From assembly GCA_963806535.1 (NCBI GenBank), contig CAWDYC010000007.1, forward strand, positions 96,001 through 160,000: a stretch of 64,000 nt of DNA, given 5' to 3'. Within the stretch, counting starts at the first letter, position 1, and every line of letters starts with the position of its first letter. Made by a program: the position numbers and the translations under genes. This document shows, in pieces, positions 27,827 to 37,211 of this stretch. The DNA comes from Candidatus Bathyarchaeota archaeon (lineage in GTDB: Archaea > Thermoproteota > Bathyarchaeia > Bathyarchaeales > Bathycorpusculaceae). The notes under the pieces were generated by a model. The model was not told the DNA's origin, did not search any database, and saw only the letters and a program-made list of their open reading frames with translations.

Positions 27827-30143
27827 TCCCCAAAGGTGCCAAGTTAACCCAAGTTATTGCAAATTCGGCTCTGAAACAATCCTGAAGCTTCTGGATGTAT
27901 TTGAAAATCAGATATACGGTGTTATAGAAAACAAGGATTCTGAATGTGTCCACAAGACACGTGTCGCCTCTCGCAGAGTTAGAGCTGCATTACCAGTTTT
28001 CAGATTCTGTTTTCCTAGAAAAGACTACAAAAAATGGAAAAGTGAAATAAAAAACATTACTCGCCTGTTAGCTGACTCAAGAGATCTTGATGTACAAATT
28101 GCGTTCGTGCAACAATACATCGAAAAAATAGGTTCTTTAATTGAGAAAGCAAGCCTCGACATATTACTTCAGAATCACAAAAACCGGAGAAACAATATTC
28201 AACCAAAACTTGTTTATGGAATAAGGAAATTGAAAGAATCGTACACTTTGGAAGAAATTAAAATGCTTTGCCATCAATCTATTTCTATAAGATCGATGGC
28301 AACTTTTGACAAGACAATAATTTTGGAAAAAGCACGATGGAACATAGCATGTGGATTACGGAATTTTCTGGACATGGAAGAATATGTGAATAAAGAAAAC
28401 GAGAAGCAAAAACATCATGAAATGAGAATATATGCAAAAAAACTCCGCTATACAATGGAAATCTTTGCGCCAATGTACAAAAACGCACTCACAAATGAAA
28501 TCGACACTATAAAAAAGTTTCAAGATACCTTGGGGGAAATGCATGATTGCGATGTCTGGATAGACTACATACCAAAATTTATTGAGGAAGCCAAAACTAA
28601 TCCTACAATAATAAACGCTGGAACCATCGCAGACTTAGAACAGGCTTTATCAAACTTTATAATTTTAATAAAAGACGAAAGGAAAAAACATTACACTCAG
28701 TTTGTACATCTTTGGGAAGAAAATCAAAAAGAGAACTTTTTCCCCCAATTAATTGCAGCAACAAACACAGAATTAATTCAAGCTGAGGAGAAAACCATGA
28801 AAATTATAACTAATTCTAATGCTAAAATTGCGGTTTTATCCGATATCCACGCTAACATTAATGCTTTAGAAAGAGTAGTTCGCGATGCCGAAGAACACGG
28901 CGCAAGTCTATTAGTAAATGCTGGAGACTCAATCGGTTTTGGGCCTTGCCCGAATGAAGTTGTCAAATTGCTATGTGAAAAAAATGTTTTGAGCATTTTG
29001 GGAAATTACGATGTCGAGGTTATTGAGGGCAAGATCAAAGATAAGGGCCAAAAAAACCTTGCATTTCAATTTGCTAAAAAAGAGCTATCAAAATCATGCA
29101 AAAATTATCTTAACTCTTTTCCTAGGGAACGACGCATGGAAGTTGCAGGCAAAAAACTGCTAATAACTCATGGAAGTCCCGAATCTATAGAAGAGCACAT
29201 TTACTGTAATACTCCAGTTGAAAGGCTAAAAGCTATAGCAGAAACTGCGAAAGCAGACGTAATTATTTTGGGCCATACTCATGAGCAATTCTGGAGGCAA
29301 GTAAACGGAGTCTCGTTTGTTAACCCCGGAAGCGTAGGAAGACCTGGAGATGGAAACCCTCAGGCTGCTTACGCAATATTAAGCTTCGATCCCTTCAAAG
29401 TTGACTTAATTCGGATAGACTATGATGTGACAGCTGCCGCAGATGCTCTTAGAAAAAAAGAGTTACCTCAAAGCTTCGCCCAGATGCTACTCCAGGGTGT
29501 GACCCTAGATATAGTAAACAAAGAAGACGAAAAGAAAAAAGAAGCATTAATCCAAAATTACAAGGAAACGGTTAATAGTTGTCGGGATTTCGCACTCAAA
29601 TATTGGAAAGACGCAGAGCATAGCTCACAGGTTACTCAACTGTCTTTACGCTTCTTTGATTGCTTAGCTATCTTACACAAGTTGGGTAATCGTGAGAGGT
29701 GTTGGCTTGAATGCGCTTCAATCCTTCACGATATCGGCTTGTCCAAAGGCAGGGGAGGACACAATAAAGAAACTGCCAAGCTAATCCTTAACGATACACA
29801 ATTACCATTTAGTTCACAAGAAAGACAAATTGTGGCAAGCATCGCTCGGTACCACCGGAAAGGATTGCCTAAACGAAATCATTACAACCTTGCCGGTTTG
29901 GATCGGGTATCCATCAACCAAATAAAAGTTTTGGCAAGCTTCCTCCGCGTAGCAGATGGTTTAGATTACACACATCAATCAATTGTAAAAAGATTAAACA
30001 TCAAAGAGGACACAGATTGCGTTATTGCCGAATACGAATCAGGGAATAAATCAATATTAGAAGAGCAGGCTTTTAATAAGAAAAAGGATTTGTTTGAAAA
30101 GGTCTTCGCAAGAACGTTGGTGCTCCTATGGAAACAACCATAA
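27810..30143 (+). CDS. CHAD + calcineurin-like metallophosphoesterase + HD-domain fusion
   Basis: CHAD: VHKTRVASRR, RDLDV, HEMRIYAKKLRY, QDTLGEMHD. Metallophosphoesterase: SDIHAN, GDSIG, GNYD, THGSP, GHTH, NPGSVG. HD: EHS..LHDIG..RYHRK..ADGLD. Confidence 0.88.
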   Translation: MNVPINPQRCQVNPSYCKFGSETILKLLDVFENQIYGVIENKDSECVHKTRVASRRVRAALPVFRFCFPRKDYKKWKSEIKNITRLLADSRDLDVQIAFVQQYIEKIGSLIEKASLDILLQNHKNRRNNIQPKLVYGIRKLKESYTLEEIKMLCHQSISIRSMATFDKTIILEKARWNIACGLRNFLDMEEYVNKENEKQKHHEMRIYAKKLRYTMEIFAPMYKNALTNEIDTIKKFQDTLGEMHDCDVWIDYIPKFIEEAKTNPTIINAGTIADLEQALSNFIILIKDERKKHYTQFVHLWEENQKENFFPQLIAATNTELIQAEEKTMKIITNSNAKIAVLSDIHANINALERVVRDAEEHGASLLVNAGDSIGFGPCPNEVVKLLCEKNVLSILGNYDVEVIEGKIKDKGQKNLAFQFAKKELSKSCKNYLNSFPRERRMEVAGKKLLITHGSPESIEEHIYCNTPVERLKAIAETAKADVIILGHTHEQFWRQVNGVSFVNPGSVGRPGDGNPQAAYAILSFDPFKVDLIRIDYDVTAAADALRKKELPQSFAQMLLQGVTLDIVNKEDEKKKEALIQNYKETVNSCRDFALKYWKDAEHSSQVTQLSLRFFDCLAILHKLGNRERCWLECASILHDIGLSKGRGGHNKETAKLILNDTQLPFSSQERQIVASIARYHRKGLPKRNHYNLAGLDRVSINQIKVLASFLRVADGLDYTHQSIVKRLNIKEDTDCVIAEYESGNKSILEEQAFNKKKDLFEKVFARTLVLLWKQP

Positions 30144-31714
30144 TAAAAAACAATTATCGCATGGTAGGTTTTGTAGACATCGGTACGAACGCAATACGTC
30201 TATTAGTTGTTAGAATGAACCCTAACTTCTCTTATACAATCGTCAGTCAGGAAAAAGAAGTAATTAGACTCGGCGAACAAGAATTTAAAGACCATATTCT
30301 TAAACCAGATGCAATGGAACGTGCTATCTTCGTATGCGGAAAATTCCTTGAACTTGCTAAAACATATGGAGCGACAGAGATAATTGCCGTTGGAACTTCA
30401 GCTATTCGAGAGGCAAGAAACCAAACTGAATTCCTCCAAAAACTGTACAGCGAAACAGGACTCAAAGTTAATGTGATTAGTGGAGAAGAAGAAGCAAGAC
30501 TAATCTGCTTAGGTGTTTCGAGCGGGATAGATATCGGTGAAGAAAAAGTTGTTTTTGTGGATTTAGGTGGCGGTAGTACTGAAATATGCATCGGCAACCA
30601 GTTTGATTGTTTTTACGTGGCCAGCCTCAAGTTAGGAGCAATCAGGCTTACAGCACAATTTATTGGTGAAGGTTGGACTCGACCAATAGACTTCAACATT
30701 TACTTGCAGATTAAGAAGTATGCAGCCAGCAAAATGAGAGCAGCAAAAGGGAAAGTCCAAGAGCATGGTGTTAGACTAGCCTGGGGATCTTCAGGCACAG
30801 TCATAAACTTGGCAGAAATTGCAAACAAATTATTCAAGAAGAATGGAAATGGAAACGGCGGCCTCACACTTTCAAGAAAAAATCTAAAAAAATTGGCGCC
30901 TATTCTTTGCTCATTGTCGCTCGAAGAAAGAAAAAAATTGCCTGCTATAAACCCTGATCGCGCAGACATTTTAATCGCTGGATCGGCCATATTGGACGCA
31001 CTTATGGAGGAGTTAGGCATCGAAGAAATCAAAATTAGCCATAGAGAACTGCGAGATGGACTTCTTGTTGACTATCTTTCAAATTTTGAAGGTTTTCGAG
31101 AACTTCAAAAGACTCCAATGAGAAATAGGAGTGTTTTACATTTAGGCAGATCATGCAACTTTGACGAGAAACATTCAGAAGCTGTAGCCTCATTGGCGCT
31201 CCAACTTTTTGATAGCGCAAAACAAATTGGTCTTCACAATTTAGGTATTAACGAAAGAGAACTCTTGAAATATTCCTCAACATTACATGACGTCGGGGAT
31301 TTTCTTTCTTTTAACAATCATCATCTCCATTCGCACTACATCATCTGCAATGCTGAACTTCTTGGTTTTGATCCACATGAAATTCAAATAATGGCAAACA
31401 TTGCTCGTTTTCATAGGAAGAAATTACCTTCAAAAAAAGCCCTGAAGGCGTCAGGAATGGAGGAAAAAATCAAGGAGTGCGTTGCCATTCTTTCAACATT
31501 CTTAAGATTTGCAGAAAAACTTGACCGAAGCCACAGCGGACTGGTAAAAAAGGTTGAGTTTATCAGAGAGAGCAAAGACCGGATTTTGCTTGAATTCTAT
31601 TCAGACTCAGATTGCAGTTTCGAGGAATGGAGTGTTATCCAAAATAAGCAGGCATTCTACGAAGCTTTCGGCAAGCAACTAGACGTGCACTGTGAAGTTA
31701 CACCCAGCTCATAA
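30128..31714 (+). CDS. ppx: Exopolyphosphatase Ppx/GppA with C-terminal HD domain
   Basis: DIGTNAIRL, TSAIREA, ISGEEEARL, DLGGGSTE, RADIL, LRDG, LHDVG. Confidence 0.92.
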   Translation: METTIIKNNYRMVGFVDIGTNAIRLLVVRMNPNFSYTIVSQEKEVIRLGEQEFKDHILKPDAMERAIFVCGKFLELAKTYGATEIIAVGTSAIREARNQTEFLQKLYSETGLKVNVISGEEEARLICLGVSSGIDIGEEKVVFVDLGGGSTEICIGNQFDCFYVASLKLGAIRLTAQFIGEGWTRPIDFNIYLQIKKYAASKMRAAKGKVQEHGVRLAWGSSGTVINLAEIANKLFKKNGNGNGGLTLSRKNLKKLAPILCSLSLEERKKLPAINPDRADILIAGSAILDALMEELGIEEIKISHRELRDGLLVDYLSNFEGFRELQKTPMRNRSVLHLGRSCNFDEKHSEAVASLALQLFDSAKQIGLHNLGINERELLKYSSTLHDVGDFLSFNNHHLHSHYIICNAELLGFDPHEIQIMANIARFHRKKLPSKKALKASGMEEKIKECVAILSTFLRFAEKLDRSHSGLVKKVEFIRESKDRILLEFYSDSDCSFEEWSVIQNKQAFYEAFGKQLDVHCEVTPSS

Positions 31715-31719
31715 TGCAT

Positions 31720-32622
31720 TTATTCTTTTTCCAGCTCCGCCTTTGCTTTCTCCAAACTGTCACATTGCTCTTTGCTTAAAACAGGATATTTTAGATTAAG
31801 TTTGTCTATTTGTGACACAATTATTTCAGAGATCAGTGAATGAGAAACCCATTTTTTGTCAGCAGGAATAATATACCATGGTGCCCATTCGGTAGTTGTA
31901 TTATTTAGCACATCTTCATACGCTTGCATATAGTCATCCCATTTTGACCGTTCAGAGAGATCAGTAAGCGAAAATTTCCATTCTTTATCAGGAGTTTCTA
32001 AGCGTTTAAGAAGACGTTGTTTCTGTTCTTCTTTAGAAAGGTGAAGAAAGAATTTTAGAACTATTGTACCATTTCGGACAAGATGGCGTTCATACATATT
32101 TAAGTCATCATATCGTCGGTCCCAAAACCCTTTTCCCTCCAACTCCGGAGGAAGCTTTTGCTTCTCTAACACTTCAGGGCGAACTTTAACGATCAGAACG
32201 TCTTCATAGTATGATCGATTGAAAATTCCGATGTTCCCCCTCTCCGGCAAAGCTTTTGTATATCGCCAAAGAAAATCGTGATTTAATTCTTCTTCCGAAG
32301 GAGTCTTAAAGCTAGCCACGTGGCAACCCTGAGGATTAACCCCTGACATAACATGTTGGATTGTGCCATCTTTTCCCGCTGCATCCATGCCTTGCAAAAT
32401 AATTAGCATAGAATAATTGCTACTTGCCCAAAGCAGCTCTTGTTTTTCAACCAGCTTTTCTCTATTAGCCTCGAGAATTTTTGATGCCTGTTCTTTTATC
32501 GTTTTCTTGTCTTCTTTTTGTTCCTGGTCCTTAGCCCATTTCGGAATCCAAGCCGTATCAAAATCTTTTAAGCTGATTTTTTTGCCCAGAGGCACCTTAA
32601 AAGCTTCAGCATCCGTTTGCAT
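31720..32622 (-). CDS. ppk2: Polyphosphate kinase 2 (class III-like)
   Basis: QGMDAAGKDGTI, NPQG, HDFLWR, FNRSYYEDVL, KFFLHLSKEEQ, WYIIPADKKW. Confidence 0.92.
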   Translation of the reverse strand: MQTDAEAFKVPLGKKISLKDFDTAWIPKWAKDQEQKEDKKTIKEQASKILEANREKLVEKQELLWASSNYSMLIILQGMDAAGKDGTIQHVMSGVNPQGCHVASFKTPSEEELNHDFLWRYTKALPERGNIGIFNRSYYEDVLIVKVRPEVLEKQKLPPELEGKGFWDRRYDDLNMYERHLVRNGTIVLKFFLHLSKEEQKQRLLKRLETPDKEWKFSLTDLSERSKWDDYMQAYEDVLNNTTTEWAPWYIIPADKKWVSHSLISEIIVSQIDKLNLKYPVLSKEQCDSLEKAKAELEKE

Positions 32623-32700
32623 GAAAAACATCCTCATTGATTGTAGGTTACGCTACTTAATAACAGATACTACACTATCAAATAACCCAATGGTTGGCGA

Positions 32701-32955
32701 TTACGTTTTTATATCAGCAGATTTTCCAAGAACGCAATAGTACATCTGGTCAAGATCGTATTTTTTAAAAACTAAGCAGTTAGGGCATAAACATCCAACG
32801 GCTTTGGCCTTTTCCTTAGCTTTTCCTTTGGCACAAAAAAACCTATTGCTTAAGCTTGATTGTTTGTATGTTGGGCATGTAGGGCATGGGCAAGACTTTG
32901 CAGTTTCCTCGTTGTCTGAAACTGGATTTCCCAAAATTATTACCGAAAAAAACAT
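32701..32955 (-). CDS. DUF2769-like Cys-rich protein
   Basis: CPCPTCPTY...FFCAKGK...GCLCPNC.V...YYC..G pattern. Confidence 0.7.
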   Translation of the reverse strand: MFFSVIILGNPVSDNEETAKSCPCPTCPTYKQSSLSNRFFCAKGKAKEKAKAVGCLCPNCLVFKKYDLDQMYYCVLGKSADIKT

Positions 32956-33012
32956 AATGGCTAAGTAATATATTGCTTGCGATTACTCGAGACAATGGAT
33001 GTTTGCCCCATT

Positions 33013-33324
33013 TTATATGACATATAAATCTTGTATGCTGACTAAACCGTTGTCTCCAATTATTCTTTTTAGTTCAGGAAGAAGCGGTTCAAGTTTTGAC
33101 TGTTCATCAATCACTTCAATTATTAGTGGCATGTTAACAGTTATGCCTTCAAGCTTTAATGTTGACTTGCCTCTTTTGCCAAAGCCATCAACGCCCGTCC
33201 AAACTGTGGCACCGCTTACTCTTGCTTTTACCAAAAAATCAATCACGAGACGCTCTAGCCGTTTCCCGCCAACCTCATCATTCTTCTTAATCCGAATTGT
33301 AACACTCCACATTTTTATCCGCAT
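33013..33324 (-). CDS. DUF190 PII-like protein
   Basis: SGATVWTGVDGFG, MPLIIEVID; typical partner downstream of crcB. Confidence 0.88.
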   Translation of the reverse strand: MRIKMWSVTIRIKKNDEVGGKRLERLVIDFLVKARVSGATVWTGVDGFGKRGKSTLKLEGITVNMPLIIEVIDEQSKLEPLLPELKRIIGDNGLVSIQDLYVI

Positions 33325-33710
33325 CAGAAAACCCTCGCCATTACCTCGTTACCCAAGACTTTTCCGCCTGTGAGCGCACCAAGAGACAAACCCACATTGG
33401 CTAGTATGTTTAGTATTACAAGGATAAAGCGGTTGCCATCCATCAAGTTGCTGGTTTCAAGCGCAAAAGAGGACATCGTTGTGAAAGCACCACAAAAGCC
33501 TGTGGCTATCAACAAAGTATAATTTGAATTTAAGTTTAATGCAACTGCCAAGACTGAAAACAATCCAAGTATAAAGCTGCCCAGAACATTAACCGCCAAA
33601 ACATTGATGGGTAATCCCATGAAGGTCTGGGGAGAAGCAACAATAATGTATCGTAGAAAAGCTCCGACTACTGCGCCAACCGCTAAGAGAACGAATTCAA
33701 TCATTTTCAT
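33324..33710 (-). CDS. crcB: Fluoride efflux channel CrcB/Fluc
   Basis: GAVVGAFLRY, VNVLGSFILG, TGFCGAFTTMSSFALE. Confidence 0.93.
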   Translation of the reverse strand: MKMIEFVLLAVGAVVGAFLRYIIVASPQTFMGLPINVLAVNVLGSFILGLFSVLAVALNLNSNYTLLIATGFCGAFTTMSSFALETSNLMDGNRFILVILNILANVGLSLGALTGGKVLGNEVMARVF

Positions 33711-33734
33711 GTTTACCTACCTGTATCTTATTTG

Positions 33735-33802
33735 GGTAGGCATTATCAGCATCCAAACGGAGCGGTTTTGACTATTCTTGTCAAGGCTAATGCCATAGCG
33801 CA
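33735..33802 (-). ncRNA. Fluoride (crcB) riboswitch
   Basis: Minus strand reads GCGCUAUGGCAUUAGCC-(UUGAC/GUCAA hairpin)-AACCGC-hairpin-GCUGAUAAUGCCUAC. GGCAU/AUGCC form the pseudoknot. Lies 25 nt upstream of crcB. Confidence 0.88.
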
Positions 33803-33927
33803 GATTTTGCTTCAAGAATCAAGCAAGCAGCTATTATACTTATTGGCTCTTGAATGCATGAATTTTTGTGTTTCCGAAACCTAAAATAAGCTGGCAACAA
33901 AATTATAGCCATTTGAGGTTTACACCT

Positions 33928-35182
33928 GTGTCATCTATCATCGAAGACCTCATTGCAAGAAAAGTTTTCAACAATCGAGGAGAAGAAACAATAGAGGTCG
34001 ACGTAATCACTAACGGCGGTTTTGGTAGAGCAGCTGCTCCAGCTGGAAAAAGCCGTGGAAAAGCTGAAGTAATTTATTATCCGCAAGGTGGAGTTGAAGC
34101 AGCTATAAAAAAAGTTGATGATTTAATTGCTCCCGAACTTGCTGGGTTAAATTCTGATTATCAAGAAGAAATAGACAACACGTTACACGAACTAGACGGT
34201 ACATCAGATTTCAAAAATATTGGCGGAAACACAGCTTTTGCAATTTCGCTGGCAAACGCTGAAGCTGCAGCAAACTCTCATGGGCTACTCTTATTCCAGT
34301 TTATTGGCGGAAACTCCGCAACCACATTGCCTTATCCTCTTGGAAACTGCTTAAGTGGCGGTCAACATGCAAGGGGTAAAGGACCAGACATTCAAGAATT
34401 CTTAGCGTTGCCGCATGGCGCTGAAAGTTTTCTTGAAGCACAAACAGCTAATACTCAAATTCACAAGAAACTTGGCGATGCATTAAAAAAGAAAAGCAGC
34501 CAGTTTAACGGTGGAAAAAGCGATGAAGGAGCATGGATATCTAACATCGACACTCTTGATGCGTTAGATGTAATGGCTAAAGTATGCGAAGAAGTTGGAA
34601 ATGAAGTAGATTTTGAATGTGGCTTTGGCACTAGATGTTGCTGCTTCTTCGCTTTGGAAACCAAAAGATGAAAAGTACGTTTATGAGAATGAAAGCAAGA
34701 AACGGGATACAGCCGAGCAGCTTGAGTTTATGCTGGAACTAATTGAGAAGTATCATCTTGCCTACGTGGAAGATCCCTTCCATGAAGAAGACTATGAAAG
34801 CTTCGCTGAATTAACCCGCAAAGCCAAAAACTGCTTAATATGCGGCGATGATTTATTTACAACGAATACTGAAAGGTTAAATAATGGAATCAAGATTAAC
34901 GCTGGAAATGCTATCATCATTAAAGTCAACCAGATAGGCACTCTGTCCGATGCTACTCTCACGATAGAAACTGCACAGCGACACGGTTATGACCCAGTGG
35001 TGTCACATCGCTCAGGAGACACTTGCGATTGGCACATTGCTCATTTGGCTGTTGCGTACAACTGCCCTCTAATCAAAACAGGTGTAGTAGAAGGCGCACG
35101 AATAGCCAAACTCAACGAGCTAATAAGAATTGAGCATTTCCTTGGGAACAGAGCCAAAATGGCTGATTTAAAAATACGCTAA
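33928..35182 (+). CDS. eno: Enolase (frameshift near 34630)
   Basis: NNRGEETIEVDV, IQEFL, SDEG, LDVAAS, VEDPF, GDDLFTTN, IKVNQIGT, SHRSG, KLNELIRIE. One extra base splits GFG/LDVAAS. Confidence 0.93.
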
Positions 35183-35198
35183 TAGAGAAAGTGAAAAA

Positions 35199-35972
35199 AT
35201 GTCAGAAGACGAAATTAAAGAAAACCAACCAGTAGAAAATGAAGAGGAACCCCAAGCAGAAAACATAGAGGAACCTGCACAAGAAGAAAACGTTGAAGAA
35301 GTTCAAGAAGAACAGCCCGTAGAAGAAGAAAAAGCTCAGGAAGCTCCGCCTACAGAGGAACTCCTCCTACCAAGAGACACACTACTCTCAGCAGGCATAC
35401 ACATTGGCACCCGAATGAAAACCTTAGATATGGAACCCTTCATCTACCGAGTAAGACCAGACGGATTATTCGTTCTTGACGTTAAAAAAACAGATGACCG
35501 AATAAGAGTCACCGCAAAGTTTCTCTCACGTTACGAGCATGCGAAAGTAGCGGTTGCTGCAACAAGACTTTATGCTCAAGAACCAATCAAAAAATTCTGT
35601 CAATTAACTGGCGCAACACCCTTAATCGGACGCTTTATACCTGGACAATTAAGCAATCCACAGTATCCAGGCAGAATAGATCCAGAAGTGATAGTTGTTT
35701 CTGACCCAAGAGCAGACGCTCAAGCAGTTAAAGAAGCATCAAAAGTCGGCATACCAATCGTAGCCCTATGCAGCACTGACAATGAATTCGCAGGCGTAGA
35801 CTTAGTAATTCCAACAAACAACAAAGGCCGAAGAGCATTAGCCGTAATATTCTGGCTTCTAGCAAGGCAAGTCCTTAGGGAAAGAGGCGAATTAGGACCA
35901 GACAGAGATCCACCAGCAACCATAGATGACTTCGAAGCAAAAGTCACACGGGAAGAGGAGGAGGAACCCTAA
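35199..35972 (+). CDS. rps2: 30S ribosomal protein S2 with acidic N-terminal extension
   Basis: LSAGIHIGT, GRFIPG, DPRADAQA, IPTNNKGRRAL. Confidence 0.95.
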   Translation: MSEDEIKENQPVENEEEPQAENIEEPAQEENVEEVQEEQPVEEEKAQEAPPTEELLLPRDTLLSAGIHIGTRMKTLDMEPFIYRVRPDGLFVLDVKKTDDRIRVTAKFLSRYEHAKVAVAATRLYAQEPIKKFCQLTGATPLIGRFIPGQLSNPQYPGRIDPEVIVVSDPRADAQAVKEASKVGIPIVALCSTDNEFAGVDLVIPTNNKGRRALAVIFWLLARQVLRERGELGPDRDPPATIDDFEAKVTREEEEEP

Positions 35973-35976
35973 CCCG

Positions 35977-36828
35977 TTGCCGACGATTCGGCGTCCAAGT
36001 GTAGCAGGCCAATTTTATGAAGCCGACGCCGAAGCCCTCAGAGCACAAATTAAAGATTGTTTCCTCCATTCTATCGGTCCCCAAAAACTTCCAAAAGTAA
36101 ACTTGCACAGTCAACTAAGAAATATTGTTGGCATGATTTGTCCACATGCAGGGTACGTCTACTCTGGTCCTGTGGCAGCATCTGCTTATTTTGAGTTAGC
36201 GTTAGATGGCAAACCGGACACAGTTGTGCTTTTAGGCCCCAACCATACTGGGTACGGCAGCGCTTTAAGTCTAATGAGTGAAGGCGTTTGGCAAACACCA
36301 TTGGGTAATATAGAAATCGACTCCAAAATGGCAAATGAAATACTCAAAGAAACCAACATCGTTGATGTTGACGAGCTTGCACATCGTTACGAACATTCGC
36401 TTGAGGTGCAATTGCCCTTTTTACAGTTCCTCTATGGTAACACATTCAAGATTGTTCCAATCTGTTTCTTGATGCAGGACTATAACTCCGCTGTTGAAGT
36501 TGGACGAGCTCTTGAAGAGGTTCTAGATGCCACAAACTCTATAGTTATTGCTTCTTCGGATATGACACATTACGAGCCTGCAAAAACAGCAGCTGCAAAA
36601 GACGCAGCTGCACTTAAAGCAATTACAGATTTGGATGCAAAAAAATTCTATGAAACTGTTGAAAAACAAAACATCACGGCATGTGGATATGCACCCATAA
36701 CAGCCCTAGTCACCTATGCAAACGGCGTCTGTGCAAAAGCTCAGCTTTTGAATTACCATAACAGCGGCGACATAACAGGCGATCACTCAAGCGTAGTCGG
36801 ATATGCAGCAGTAAGCTTCAGAAAATAG
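35977..36828 (+). CDS. MEMO1 family / AmmeMemoRadiSam protein B
   Basis: RRPSVAGQFY, PHAGYVYSG, GPNHTG, EHSLEVQLPFLQ, ASSDMTHY, SVVGYA. Confidence 0.9.
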   Translation: MPTIRRPSVAGQFYEADAEALRAQIKDCFLHSIGPQKLPKVNLHSQLRNIVGMICPHAGYVYSGPVAASAYFELALDGKPDTVVLLGPNHTGYGSALSLMSEGVWQTPLGNIEIDSKMANEILKETNIVDVDELAHRYEHSLEVQLPFLQFLYGNTFKIVPICFLMQDYNSAVEVGRALEEVLDATNSIVIASSDMTHYEPAKTAAAKDAAALKAITDLDAKKFYETVEKQNITACGYAPITALVTYANGVCAKAQLLNYHNSGDITGDHSSVVGYAAVSFRK

Positions 36829-37004
36829 ACTATCGACTATTTTAGTCAAATTTCTTAACATCATGAGTTGGTATTAAGAAGTAACACCACTATCCAGATT
36901 GCTTTTATATAGCGATTGTAGGCATCAAGTTGTAACAACATTCTTTTATATTCATAGAATTGGTAAGCTGGTTATCTGAGAAGAATGCAAAAGGGTAGCC
37001 ATCA

Positions 37005-37099
37005 GTTAGGCGGTTTGGCTGCTAACATGAGAGAAGGCAACTTTGCCCACCACATTTCTCTGCCTTTTCTCTGATAGCACATGGCCTGACCAGCCTAAC
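37005..37099. other. Long imperfect intergenic hairpin upstream of mvk
   Basis: Nested arms GTTAGGC/GCCTAAC, GGT/ACC, GCTA/TAGC and GAGAGAAGGCA/TGCCTTTTCTC. Confidence 0.55.
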
Positions 37100-37211
37100 A
37101 CTTATTTTGCCCACTAATTCAAAACTGGAAACTTGTTTCTATCTGAAACGTCATTAAACGAATGTTTTTATTACTATTACGTAATAGCTTTCTTCCAAGG
37201 TGCAAATCTAG

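Noticed and set aside
34613-34671. Split enolase or programmed frameshift
   Set aside because: One extra base with no slippery site, in a window with many similar indels.
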